The translations under genes and the position numbers were made by a program. The notes under the pieces are model-generated. The model made no database searches. It worked only from the letters and a program-made list of their open reading frames with translations, and was not told the origin of the DNA. Of a stretch of 64,000 bases of DNA, positions 10,074 through 20,001 are shown in pieces. The stretch lies in the NCBI GenBank assembly GCA_963716475.1, contig OY970314.1, positions 692,790 through 756,789 of the forward strand. The letters are read 5' to 3'. This DNA is from Candidatus Woesebacteria bacterium (GTDB taxonomy: Bacteria; Patescibacteriota; Microgenomatia; UBA8517). The first letter of the stretch is position 1. The number at the start of each line of letters is the position of its first letter.

Positions 10074-10216
10074 TCAGTTCCGGCTTTCCTTCCAACAAAT
10101 CACTAAAGTTATTAGGAGCGGACAAAAGGGGTTTATAGTCGCAAAAAGCCAGAGTGGATTTTGGAGGATTGAAAACATAACCAACTTCGTTGTCAAATTT
10201 CCAAAGGCGACTGAGG

Positions 10217-12604
10217 CTAAAAAATAGAGTGGGTTGCAGGTCTTTCTCTGTTCAGATAGGATTTTCCGATTTCGACAACAATCAGATATGTTAGCGTAAT
10301 TGCTATCAGGAATCCAAAGTAAAGGCCGGGAAGCGGGGTAAAACCAAGATAAGCAGCAAGCGGACTGAAAGGCAAATATAATCCCACCAGCACTACTCCT
10401 AAACAAGTTGCCAAAAACGGCAAGCTGGGTTTACTTTTCCAAAACGGAATTTTTCTGGTTCTGATCACAAAAACAACCAAGACTTCCGTAATAAATGAAG
10501 TTACAAACCACCCCGTCTGGAATAAACTTCCCCTCGCATGAAAAACAAAATACATAACGGCAAAAGTCAGAAAATCATATATCGTCCCTATCAAACCAAA
10601 AAGAATCATAAAACGTTTAATGTAGCTTATATCCCAACTTTTTGGACGAAGTATCTGGTCAGCATCAACCCTGTCGGTCGGAATCGAGGTCTGCGAAACG
10701 TCATACATAATATCATTGAGTAAAAGTTGGACCGGAGTCATCGGTAAGAACGGCAAAATAATAGACGCCGCTGCCGCACTCACCATGTTTCCAAAACTGC
10801 TGCTTGTCCCCATCAGGATATACTTAATTGTATTTTGAAAAGTAATCCGGCCTTCTTTGATTCCATCGGCAATAACTCCGAGATTTTTTCTTAGAAGAAC
10901 AATGGAAGCCGCATCTTTAGCAACATCCACCGCTGTGTTAACCGATATTCCCACATCGGCTATGTGTAGTGCAGGGCCGTCGTTTACACCGTCCCCCAGA
11001 AAACCGATTGTGTGGTTTCCTTTTTTCAGAGCCTGAATGATTCTCACTTTTTGCGAAGGAGTAATTCTTGCAAAAATATCTGTTTCCCAAACTTTCCTTT
11101 CCAACTCTGTGTCGCTCATTCTTTCAACCTCGGAACTGCTCATCACCTTTTTATAATTAAAACCAACGTCTCTGGAAATCTTTTCGGCAACCAGTTCGCT
11201 GTCCCCTGTCACAATTTTGATATCCACTCCCAAGTTTTCAAATTTCTTAAAGTCTTCCGCCATGTCACGCTTGGGAACATCCGCAAAATTTATAAATCCT
11301 CCAAAATTCAAATCCTTAAATTCACTTTTAATCAGTTTCGGATTAAAATCTTTAATCTCTTTTGAGGCAACCGCAATTACTCTTAAGCCCTGCTTTTGCA
11401 AATCTACCGACAGCTTTTCAATCTTTTTCCTCCCGGCTTCGCCTGCATTTATACGTGCGATTATCGCCTCCGGAGAACCCTTGCATATCAGAACTTTTTT
11501 ATCTCCAACCCTGACGGCACTAGACATAAACCTGTTCTCAAAATTAAAGGGCATCTCAAAAAGTTTCTCGGGTTTGTCCCTAATCTTTATGTCCTTCGAT
11601 TCGGCAAAATCTATAATAGCTTTATCTATAGAATCTGCCGTTATTTGTCCGTGAGTAAAACCTGAATTGCATATCAGGCCAAGATTGATAACCTCAGGAT
11701 TTTCCTTCCCAAATACGTCCTGATACGAACTTAGGGAAATGGTTCCCTCCGTTAGAGTCCCTGTTTTATCGGTACAAAATACCTCCATGTTTCCAAGGTC
11801 TTCAATCGAAACAAACTGTTTGACTATAACTTCCTTCTTTGCCAACTTTTTTGACCCATAAGAAAGGCTTAGCGTTACGATAAGGGGTAAAAGTTCCGGA
11901 GTAATTCCCATGGCGACAGTAAGAGCAAAAAGAATAGTCCCGATAATCGGGTGGTGTAAAAACCAACCAAAAGCAATTACGGCAACTACAGTTACACCCG
12001 CAATCCGTGCAAGAAGAGTACTAAAATCTCTAAGTCCTTTTTGAAATTCGGTAAGAGGCCGTGCTTTCCCCACCAATTCCGATATCTTTCCATATTTCGT
12101 ATCCATCCCGATTGCGGTGACTATTCCCTGGGCGTTTCCACTGGTAACGGCAGTACCCATATAAACCCTATCTCCGTCCTTTTTATATACGGGCAGAGAC
12201 TCTCCGGTAATAATCGATTCATTAATTTCCAAATCTTCCGAAACAGACAGGCGAATATCGGCCGGAACTATCAATCCGGGACGCAGAAAAATTTCATCCC
12301 CGATCAATATTTGAGTGGCCGGTATTATTTTTTCTACTCCCCCTCTTTTGACATTAACAATAAACGAAATTCTTTTAATGAGATCGTTTACGACTTTTTC
12401 AGCCTGGTATTCGTTCCAAAAACCCAGGATTATGGAAAGCGTCATGACTATCCAAATTGCAAAGGCTTCGGTTTTTTGCCCGAGAAGAAACGCAACTATT
12501 GTGGAAATAATAAAAACCAAAAGAAGCGGATTTTTAAATTGCCGCAAAAACACAGTCCAGGCATTAAATTTCCGGCGTTTTATCTCGTTGGTTGTTGCAG
12601 CCAT
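10217..12604 (-). CDS. mgtA: magnesium-translocating P-type ATPase
   Basis: ITGES, ITPELLP, DKTGTLT, TGD, GDGVNDGP, SSSFGNM and YDVSQ..IP.D (type IIIB) motifs. Confidence 0.9.
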   Translation of the reverse strand: MAATTNEIKRRKFNAWTVFLRQFKNPLLLVFIISTIVAFLLGQKTEAFAIWIVMTLSIILGFWNEYQAEKVVNDLIKRISFIVNVKRGGVEKIIPATQILIGDEIFLRPGLIVPADIRLSVSEDLEINESIITGESLPVYKKDGDRVYMGTAVTSGNAQGIVTAIGMDTKYGKISELVGKARPLTEFQKGLRDFSTLLARIAGVTVVAVIAFGWFLHHPIIGTILFALTVAMGITPELLPLIVTLSLSYGSKKLAKKEVIVKQFVSIEDLGNMEVFCTDKTGTLTEGTISLSSYQDVFGKENPEVINLGLICNSGFTHGQITADSIDKAIIDFAESKDIKIRDKPEKLFEMPFNFENRFMSSAVRVGDKKVLICKGSPEAIIARINAGEAGRKKIEKLSVDLQKQGLRVIAVASKEIKDFNPKLIKSEFKDLNFGGFINFADVPKRDMAEDFKKFENLGVDIKIVTGDSELVAEKISRDVGFNYKKVMSSSEVERMSDTELERKVWETDIFARITPSQKVRIIQALKKGNHTIGFLGDGVNDGPALHIADVGISVNTAVDVAKDAASIVLLRKNLGVIADGIKEGRITFQNTIKYILMGTSSSFGNMVSAAAASIILPFLPMTPVQLLLNDIMYDVSQTSIPTDRVDADQILRPKSWDISYIKRFMILFGLIGTIYDFLTFAVMYFVFHARGSLFQTGWFVTSFITEVLVVFVIRTRKIPFWKSKPSLPFLATCLGVVLVGLYLPFSPLAAYLGFTPLPGLYFGFLIAITLTYLIVVEIGKSYLNRERPATHSIF

Positions 12605-12616
12605 CTTAAAGTAATT

Positions 12617-14143
12617 CTAATCCACTTTAGGACGATACTGAAGAGCTTCGGCGATATGGATTGAGGAAATTTTGGGCTCCCCTGCCAAATCGGCAATTGT
12701 TCTGGCAATTTTAATTACTTTAAAATAACCTCTGGCGGAAAGATTCATGGTCGAAAGTGCGCTGGTTAAGATTGTCCGGGAGCTTTCATCCATCCCGCAG
12801 TACTTTTTGATGTCACGGGTGGACATCTCCGAATTTGACTTGATACGGCTTCCTTTAAATCTTTTTAACTGAAACTCACGGGCTTTCTGAACTCTTTTTT
12901 GTATTACTTTAGATGTTTCTCTTCTTTCTTTATTCTCACCAACCAATTTTTGCGTTTCCACGGAAGGGACATCTATATGGATGTCAATCCTATCCAAAAT
13001 CGGACCCGAAATTCTTTTTTGATATCTGGTTATCATTCCGGGCAGGCAGGTGCAGGGCCGCTTTGTATCCCCAAAATATCCGCAGGGACAGGGGTTACTG
13101 GCTGCCACCAATAAAAACTGGGCAGGATATGTAAAAGATCCCTTGGCCCGGGAAATTGTGACAACCCCATCCTCCATCGGTTGCCGGAGAGATTCCAAAA
13201 CATGTCTGGGAAATTCGGGAAACTCATCCAAAAAAAGTACACCTCTGTGACTCAGGGAAATTTCTCCCGGCATCGGGCTTCCGCCTCCTCCGATTAGACC
13301 AATTCTACTTGTCGTATGATGCGGACTCCTGAAAGGCCTCTTTGTTACAATTGCTTCACCCTCTGAAAGGTTACCTGTAATTGAATAAATTTTTGTTACC
13401 TCAAGAGCTTCGTCCTCCGTCAGGGTCGGTAAAATTCCCGGCATTGCCCGGGCAAGCATTGTTTTACCGGAACCCGGAGTTCCCCGTAGAAAGATATTAT
13501 GGCTCCCCGCGGCGGCAATTTCCAAAGCCCGCTTTGCCTGTTCCTGACCGATAACTTCCGAAAAGTCAAACTCCGCATCACTTTTTACCAGCAAGCTTTT
13601 GAGATTAATCTTTGGGGCAGGGGCAATTTCAATAGTTTTGGCGAAAAACCTAACCAGAGAAAGCAAAGACTCAACTGAATAAACATCCACTCCGGAAACT
13701 ACAGCCGCTTCTTTTTCATTAATTTTCGGAATGAATATTTTTTTGAACTTCTTCTCCTTGGCAAGATAGGCCATGGAAAGAATTCCGTTTGTGTGACGCA
13801 AAGATCCATCGAGAGAGAGTTCGCCAAAAAATAGTGAATCGGACACGTCAGGTGCAATTTGCCCGGAGGCAATTAGTATGCCAAGAGCCATGGGCAGGTC
13901 ATAGGCCGGACCCATTTTAGGCAGATCTGCCGGGGCAAGGTTAACTGTAATTCTACTTATCGGGAAATCCGCCCCCGAATTTTTGATGGCACTTCTGACT
14001 CTTTCTTTTGATTCCTCAACAGCCTTATCGGGTAGTCCAACAATCGTAAATGAGGGAAGGCCCTGGCTTGCGATATCAACTTCAACATCTATCAACGTCG
14101 CTTTTAGTCCAACGACAGCACCGGAAGTTATCTTGGCAAGCAT
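12617..14143 (-). CDS. comM: YifB/ComM family Mg-chelatase-like AAA+ ATPase
   Basis: VGLPDKAVEESKERVRSA, NLAPADLPK, GTPGSGKTMLA, PFRSPHH, LFLDEFPEF, NPCPCG. Confidence 0.93.
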   Translation of the reverse strand: MLAKITSGAVVGLKATLIDVEVDIASQGLPSFTIVGLPDKAVEESKERVRSAIKNSGADFPISRITVNLAPADLPKMGPAYDLPMALGILIASGQIAPDVSDSLFFGELSLDGSLRHTNGILSMAYLAKEKKFKKIFIPKINEKEAAVVSGVDVYSVESLLSLVRFFAKTIEIAPAPKINLKSLLVKSDAEFDFSEVIGQEQAKRALEIAAAGSHNIFLRGTPGSGKTMLARAMPGILPTLTEDEALEVTKIYSITGNLSEGEAIVTKRPFRSPHHTTSRIGLIGGGGSPMPGEISLSHRGVLFLDEFPEFPRHVLESLRQPMEDGVVTISRAKGSFTYPAQFLLVAASNPCPCGYFGDTKRPCTCLPGMITRYQKRISGPILDRIDIHIDVPSVETQKLVGENKERRETSKVIQKRVQKAREFQLKRFKGSRIKSNSEMSTRDIKKYCGMDESSRTILTSALSTMNLSARGYFKVIKIARTIADLAGEPKISSIHIAEALQYRPKVD

Positions 14144-14232
14144 ATATTTCAGAATATCATAATGTTTCGAAACAATGATACATATTCACCAAAAAGTCTG
14201 AAATCCGGGTTGATTTCTGCTATAATAGTCCC

Positions 14233-14546
14233 ACTCTGGAGAAAGGATGATCGCCGTTTGTAGCATCAAAACTACAGATGGAGGAAAGTCCAGGCAGCAG
14301 AAAGCAGGGTGCCGGGCGCAAGCCCGGGACAGGTTCAGGGAGACCTGAGCTTGGCCAGTACAGAGCCACAGAGACTATGTCGGTTCTTCTACCCTAAAGG
14401 TAGAAGAAAACGAGTGAAAAGGGGCAATCCTCCCCGCTGCAACCTCCGAAAGAGACGTTATTAGGGGCTTTCCCGAGTCTCAAGGTCAGAGGGCATTAGA
14501 CAGATGATCGTCGAGAAACAGAACCTGGCTTACTAATCTTCAGAGT
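14233..14546 (+). ncRNA. rnpB: RNase P RNA
   Basis: universal GAGGAAAGTCC (14281-14291) and AACAGAACCTGGCTTAC (14517-14533); P1 pairing ACTCTGGAGA/TCTTCAGAGT; TGcTATAAT at 14218-14226. Confidence 0.96.
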
Positions 14547-14554
14547 ATTTGGAC

Positions 14555-14579
14555 AAACCCCACCGAAAGGTGGGGTTTT
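14555..14579 (+). terminator. intrinsic terminator after rnpB
   Basis: AAACCCCACC-GAAA-GGTGGGGTTTT. Confidence 0.85.
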
Positions 14580-14704
14580 CCGTTTATATACTCTGAAGTT
14601 AGCCAAGAATTTTGAGGAAACGAAAAATTCTTACTGTTCTTCAGAGAACAAATCTTTTATTCCTTAGGCGATTGGGAGCAACAAGGGAGCGGACTCGGGA
14701 GAAT

Positions 14705-15682
14705 TTATTCCTTGGATATTAAGTATTCTTTAACCAAAACCTGAAGGGTTATTACAAAGGGAACCGAAATAATAACTCCCATTATTCCTAAAAGTCTGGC
14801 ACCGATGGCGATGGAAATTAAAACCACGAGAGGTGAAACCCCAACCGACTTTTCCATAATTTTGGGTACCAAAATATAACCTTCAAGCTGGTGAACCAAA
14901 AACGAGACAGCGGTTACGGCAAGCCCGACTACGGGAGAAATGCCAAAACCGATCAGTATTGCAGGAATTGCGGCAACAATAGGGCCCAAAATCGGAATTA
15001 TGTCCAAAATTCCGGATAATATCGCAAGGGGAAGGGCAAAAGGAATCCCGATCAGAAAAAGTCCGATATATGTTGCAAGCCCCACCAAAAACATCAAAAA
15101 GAGTTGCCCTCTCGCCCACTTGCCGATTTTGTTTTCCCATGCATCCATAAATCTTCCTATTTGTTGTTTTTTAGTCTGCCCGAATAAGAATCCCGCTTGA
15201 TCCTTAAGTTTGTCATGGGACAAAAGCAAATAAAAAGCAAAAACCAAAACAGTCACAAGAGATACGATATTTGAAAATATTGAAACGGTAAAATTCACAA
15301 TTTCTCCCGGTATTGCTCCCAACTGAGTCAAGACCCCTCCGGTAAGGTTTCCTGTAAGTGAAGAGTTAACACCGATTTTTGCAAGATAAGCGGGCAAAGC
15401 ATTAACGAAATTTGTTGTTTGCTGTGCAAGAGTCGGGGCAATGAGGGCAATAACTCCGCCCAAAGCACCAAGGACGAGTATGTAGGTAATAAGAACCGAG
15501 ACGGCTCTGGGAATTTTAATTCTGGTTAAAAGAGTCACAAATGGTCCAAGGATCGTCATAAGAAGTAAGGCCACAAAAAGCTGCAAAATAATATCGCGGA
15601 TAAAATACAAAAACCAAAGCCCTAAAAGAAACAGGACCGTAAAAACCACTGTTCTGTGGGATATTTCGACCTTTTTCAACAT
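14705..15682 (-). CDS. AI-2E family transporter
   Basis: multi-TM protein; W.RGQL, IPILGP, QLEGYILVPKIM..SVGVSP motifs. Confidence 0.9.
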   Translation of the reverse strand: MLKKVEISHRTVVFTVLFLLGLWFLYFIRDIILQLFVALLLMTILGPFVTLLTRIKIPRAVSVLITYILVLGALGGVIALIAPTLAQQTTNFVNALPAYLAKIGVNSSLTGNLTGGVLTQLGAIPGEIVNFTVSIFSNIVSLVTVLVFAFYLLLSHDKLKDQAGFLFGQTKKQQIGRFMDAWENKIGKWARGQLFLMFLVGLATYIGLFLIGIPFALPLAILSGILDIIPILGPIVAAIPAILIGFGISPVVGLAVTAVSFLVHQLEGYILVPKIMEKSVGVSPLVVLISIAIGARLLGIMGVIISVPFVITLQVLVKEYLISKE

Positions 15683-15687
15683 TTGTA

Positions 15688-16665
15688 TTATTCTACTCTA
15701 CCCGTAGAATACCATTTTTCGACCGATTTTTCTACATTTTTGGGGCAACCCGAAGCGGCAATGTCAAACCAGTGAATGCGTTTATCCTTCTTAAACCAAA
15801 CCATTTGCCTTCTAACATATTTCTTTTCCTCATCTTCCCAATCTTGGATAACTTCCGCCTCACTCCTTCTTCCGGCAAAATATTCTTTCCACTGCCTGTA
15901 ACCCATTGAGGACATCGAGGGCATGTCCCAAGTGACGTGTTTCTTCAAAAGATCCTGAACTTCTTTTTTAATCCCGGCCTTTACTCTCTGAGCAACCCTC
16001 AATTTGATCCTTTCCGATACGAATCTTTCCGGAGCGGTAAGACCAACCAAATAAACTATAAAGTCTTTTTTCTTAGTCTCCATTACTTTCTCTTTTTTAA
16101 CATTATTGATTTTCCACATAGCCACCTCAATCGCGCGGATCAGGCGCCTTGGATTCTTTTTGTCGGAAAAGTTCATCTGACCTGCTTTGAAGGAATCCAG
16201 TTGTGCCAGCTTTTCAAACAGCTCCCCGGTATTCTTTCCTTCGAGGTTTTTTCTTAACAAAATATTTTTGGGGATCGATGCCGTGGGGATACCATCCACA
16301 ACCCCCTTAATATATAGGCCTGTTCCCCCAACCAGAATCGGAGACTTGCCTCTTTTTAGAATATCTGAAATTATTCTTCCGGCAAATTTAATATACTGGG
16401 CAACACTAAACTCGTGACGAGGATCTGCAAGATCATATCCCCAAATTTTTATGCCATCAATTTCATAATAACCATATTTTTTAAACCATGGCAATTTTAT
16501 TTTCGCTCCTTTCGGAAGATCTTTTCCGGTTCCGATATCCATACCCTTATATACTTGCCGTGAATCGGCGGAGATAAGTTCCCCGTTAAATTTTTTAGCC
16601 AGGTCAATCGCCATGGTCGTCTTACCTGTTGAAGTCGGTCCGCAAATAACTAAAAGCTTGTTCAT
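15688..16665 (-). CDS. miaA: tRNA dimethylallyltransferase
   Basis: GPTSTGKT, ISADSRQVYKGMDIGTGK, VGGTGLYI, YVRRQMVWF. Confidence 0.96.
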   Translation of the reverse strand: MNKLLVICGPTSTGKTTMAIDLAKKFNGELISADSRQVYKGMDIGTGKDLPKGAKIKLPWFKKYGYYEIDGIKIWGYDLADPRHEFSVAQYIKFAGRIISDILKRGKSPILVGGTGLYIKGVVDGIPTASIPKNILLRKNLEGKNTGELFEKLAQLDSFKAGQMNFSDKKNPRRLIRAIEVAMWKINNVKKEKVMETKKKDFIVYLVGLTAPERFVSERIKLRVAQRVKAGIKKEVQDLLKKHVTWDMPSMSSMGYRQWKEYFAGRRSEAEVIQDWEDEEKKYVRRQMVWFKKDKRIHWFDIAASGCPKNVEKSVEKWYSTGRVE

Positions 16666-16670
16666 TTTTT

Positions 16671-17480
16671 TTAGCTGCTGGCACTACTGTATTTAGTCAG
16701 GGCGTAATTCCAAAATCTAAAAGCGATAAATAGGGCAACCGCTCCAACCAAAAACGCCAACAGTATCCCGAGAGGACCGACCATCCCCATTGCCGCTTTT
16801 GCCGGAAGAGTAATCATTATCCCCACAGGTACCAGGTAAGTTAAAAATGCCTGCAAAGGCTGCTTATAAATATCGACGGGAAGCCGGCCCAAACTTGTTA
16901 GATCCCGATAAATCATCACTGTATGATCCACCTCAAGTGTAATAACAGCAAAAGAAAGAACGATTATATGGAATGCGGTGGCTATTAAAAATCCGTTCAG
17001 CAGAAGTAGTAAATAGAGAAAACTGCTTAGAACCGTCGGATGGAGAAGGGCACCTACATAAATGGTCGCAAAAATCAGGGGCGGAATGGTAATCAGGTCA
17101 ATTACGTCCGCTCCTCCCATTAGAACTCTGAAAAGCGCATTCAGGGGTTTTACCAGGACCAAGTCAAAATCCCCGTTTATTATCATCGGTCTGAAGTTGT
17201 AAACCTCTCTGAATAAAAATTGTGTAATTACATCAACGATGTTAAAAGTCAGAAAGAAAAATACAATTTGGTTACTTGAATAACCGGCCAATGTTTTTGT
17301 CCCGAGCAGTAAAAAATATAAGAAACCAAAAAAGAAAACAAACCTGAACACTTTCCCTATCAAAAAGACCGAAAGGGCAAGTTTCTGGCCAATAACCATG
17401 GAAAAAGAATTCCGGCTCATAAGCCACCAAATTTTTAAATATTTCTTTATCATCATATGTGGATATATTTTTTTGACCAT
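16671..17480 (-). CDS. ABC-2 type permease (DUF990-like)
   Basis: GDFDLVLVKPL, P..IY, C-terminal YSSASS; start may be a downstream ATG. Confidence 0.85.
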   Translation of the reverse strand: MVKKIYPHMMIKKYLKIWWLMSRNSFSMVIGQKLALSVFLIGKVFRFVFFFGFLYFLLLGTKTLAGYSSNQIVFFFLTFNIVDVITQFLFREVYNFRPMIINGDFDLVLVKPLNALFRVLMGGADVIDLITIPPLIFATIYVGALLHPTVLSSFLYLLLLLNGFLIATAFHIIVLSFAVITLEVDHTVMIYRDLTSLGRLPVDIYKQPLQAFLTYLVPVGIMITLPAKAAMGMVGPLGILLAFLVGAVALFIAFRFWNYALTKYSSASS

Positions 17481-17485
17481 ATTTA

Positions 17486-18292
17486 TTACCTCCCAAATGC
17501 TTGGTAAGCCTTAAGCCCCTTTTGCCAAATAAAGTTCAGGCCAAACCACAAAACTCCGGCCCATGCGACAGCAATCATTAAACCTCCTACCAGAGCTGCG
17601 CCGTTTATGTTTCCTAAGTAAACCTCAACCGGAAAATAAATCAGGTACGGGAAAGGAGTTGCCATAACCAGCGATTGAAGTAGACCGGGCAAAATATTTA
17701 TCGGAAAGAGGGCACCCGAAAAAGCCTCGATTATCACTACCGTAACCAAAAAATGGGAACCCCAGCCGATTTCAGGCGCCCAAAAAGGTATTGAGCTGAC
17801 CAAAAAAAGCAGGAAGAAATATATAAGGATTGCCAAAATAATACTTATCGAAAAAGCAAATAGCGCCAAAAAACTTCCCTGAAAGAAAAAGGGGGGTTTC
17901 AAAATTACAAAAAGAGCTGCAAATTCGACCACCGCAAATATCAGGTTTAAGGCTTTACTGGAAACGTCTCTGGTAAACCAATATTTAAAATAACTCAAGG
18001 GTTTTAGAAGATAATTGGAAAGATCCCCCTGCGCGATATCACTTGATACATCCATGGCGCGGGCTGAAAAAACCAAAGCCCTGACTATCATAATCCCAAA
18101 AACGTAGGTAAGAATTTTCGCCCTGTCGTAGCCGAATATTTGAGTCCCCGGATCGGCAAATACCGTGCTCCAAAGGAAATAAGTTAAAAGTATTTGAAAA
18201 ACATTCCGGACTCTCCAGAGAATAAAATTCAAGCGGTAGGCAAACTCTTGCTGAAAAGAGATCCGAAAAATACTCCAATACTTATTCATCAC
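17486..18292 (-). CDS. ABC-2 type permease (DUF990-like)
   Basis: YRLNF, I.QGDLSNYLLKPL, FSGALFP, PFPY. Confidence 0.85.
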   Translation of the reverse strand: MMNKYWSIFRISFQQEFAYRLNFILWRVRNVFQILLTYFLWSTVFADPGTQIFGYDRAKILTYVFGIMIVRALVFSARAMDVSSDIAQGDLSNYLLKPLSYFKYWFTRDVSSKALNLIFAVVEFAALFVILKPPFFFQGSFLALFAFSISIILAILIYFFLLFLVSSIPFWAPEIGWGSHFLVTVVIIEAFSGALFPINILPGLLQSLVMATPFPYLIYFPVEVYLGNINGAALVGGLMIAVAWAGVLWFGLNFIWQKGLKAYQAFGR

Positions 18293-18368
18293 GTTAGAGA
18301 AACACTTTTTAAAAAAGATATGTACATCTTTCTATTAATCTCCTTAAGACACCATTCTCTAACGTGAT

Positions 18369-19355
18369 TCATTTTTTAAGACCGCTCTTAAATGCCTTAC
18401 GGATTACGTCCTCTATTGGGATTTCTTCGATCGTCAGGTCATCTACGGGAAAGTTCTGAAGAAGTTCCGAAGCGGCGACGGCTGTTGCCGCGCGGGGAAC
18501 CGACAAAATTACCTGAGGAAAAACAAGCTTTTTAACTTTACCGATCTTTTCGATATCTGCAATTCCATCCTCTCTGGAAAGGGTCGCTTTTATAATTTTT
18601 TCTTTGGCGTACTTTTCAACCAATTCTTCCAGAGCCCCGTCAAAAAGGATGTGCCCCTCATTAATGACAATCACCCGCCGGGCGAGGTCGGTAAGATCAT
18701 CCATATTGTGGGAGGTAAGAAGAATTGTTGCCCCATATTTACGATTGTAATCATAAATAAAATCCCTCATTTTTTGTTGAGCTATAAGGTCCAGACCGAT
18801 TGTCGGTTCGTCCAAAAACAACACTTTCGGTTTATGAAGAAGCGCCGCGATTAATTCCATCCGCATTCTTTGTCCCAGTGAAAGTTTGCGTACGGAGGTT
18901 TCCAAAAGTTGTCCTACCTCGAGTAATTCCACAAGCTCTTTAAGATTTTCTTCATAAACATGAGTGGGAATCTCATATATCGCCTTATTCAGTTCAAATG
19001 TTTCGATTGCGGGAAGGTCCCACCAAAGTTGATTTTTCTGCCCCATGACCAGAGAAATCTGCTTTAAAAATTCGGGTTTACGTTCCCAGGGGTCATATTC
19101 CAAAACCTCGACAAAACCGCTGGTCGGATAAAGCAAACCCGATAGGGTTTTTAGAGTTGTGGTTTTCCCTGCCCCGTTCGGGCCGATAAATCCGACAAGT
19201 TCCCCGGGTTGGATCGTAAATGAAACCCCTCTTAATGCATGAACTTCTTTTTTCTTGGGAGAAAAAAGAGATTTAACGGCACCGGCAATTCCCGGTTCTT
19301 TTTCGGTTATTTCAAAATTTTTGACTAGGCCGTCAACAATAATCGCACGGTTCAT
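18369..19355 (-). CDS. ABC transporter ATP-binding protein
   Basis: Walker A GPNGAGKTT, signature LSLGQRMR, Walker B LFLDEPT. Confidence 0.95.
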   Translation of the reverse strand: MNRAIIVDGLVKNFEITEKEPGIAGAVKSLFSPKKKEVHALRGVSFTIQPGELVGFIGPNGAGKTTTLKTLSGLLYPTSGFVEVLEYDPWERKPEFLKQISLVMGQKNQLWWDLPAIETFELNKAIYEIPTHVYEENLKELVELLEVGQLLETSVRKLSLGQRMRMELIAALLHKPKVLFLDEPTIGLDLIAQQKMRDFIYDYNRKYGATILLTSHNMDDLTDLARRVIVINEGHILFDGALEELVEKYAKEKIIKATLSREDGIADIEKIGKVKKLVFPQVILSVPRAATAVAASELLQNFPVDDLTIEEIPIEDVIRKAFKSGLKK

Positions 19356-19382
19356 TAACTGAAGTATAACACTCGCTAATAA

Positions 19383-19658
19383 TTATCTGGAGACTTGTCT
19401 TTTTAGCTTTTTTCCCGGAGTAAAACGCGGGGATCTGTGGGACTTAATCGTAACCATTTTTTCGGTTTTGGGAATTTTAACCGTTTTGCCCTTCATTGTA
19501 ATTACCCTGAAGGTTCCAAATCCGGAAAGAACTACTTTTTCACCTTTTGCTAAGACTCTACCGACTTCATCCAGAAAAACTTCAACGGCTTCTTCCGCGG
19601 CTTTTTTGGTTAAATGGGCTTTCCTCGAAACCTGATCGATTAAATCGGTTTTTGTCAT
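19383..19658 (-). CDS. hup: HU family DNA-binding protein
   Basis: MTKTDLI..GEKVVLSGFGTF..PRFTPGKKLK; start reassigned to ATG 19658 because TTGACA-N17-TATGCT lies just upstream. Confidence 0.92.
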   Translation of the reverse strand: MTKTDLIDQVSRKAHLTKKAAEEAVEVFLDEVGRVLAKGEKVVLSGFGTFRVITMKGKTVKIPKTEKMVTIKSHRSPRFTPGKKLKRQVSR

Positions 19659-19707
19659 TCTGCGAAGAAGCATAAATGAATGTTTCGAAAATGTCAAGTT
19701 GTCGGGA

Positions 19708-19854
19708 TTATTTGGTAGCGCTGTACTCTATTTCAATTTTGTCATGGTCGGGAATTCTCCCTCCGCCATTTTTAAAATCTTCACCGCGATCAACAATTAC
19801 CACAGGTTGCTGTTCCTGACCGTTAACTTTTATATTTCCTTTTCTTTCTTCCAT
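19708..19854 (-). CDS. unannotated 48-aa protein
   Basis: manual translation MEERKGNIKVNGQEQQPVVIVDRGEDFKNGGGRIPDHDKIEIEYSATK; strong SD GAAAGGGGGTGA 5 nt upstream. Confidence 0.65.
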   Translation of the reverse strand: MEERKGNIKVNGQEQQPVVIVDRGEDFKNGGGRIPDHDKIEIEYSATK

Positions 19855-19859
19855 AATAT

Positions 19860-19998
19860 TCACCCCCTTTCACGAAAAAGAGCCTTTCGGCTCTTTAAAC
19901 GAAAAAACCGACCTTGGGTCGATTTTTATATTTTTCCAGGTTATGCATTTTTTTGCCCCCTGGAATTGAAGTATGGGAAAAACAAAGTTAACTGTCAA
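19860..19998 (-). promoter_or_regulatory. sigma70 promoter plus three-hairpin leader or sRNA
   Basis: TTGACA(19998-19993)-N17-CATACT, followed by three hairpins, two with U tails. Confidence 0.6.
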
Positions 19999-20001
19999 CC
20001 G

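Noticed and set aside
9975-10216. Short ORFs between mgtA and dtd
   Set aside because: Conflicting frames, overlap with mgtA, no convincing start signal or motif.
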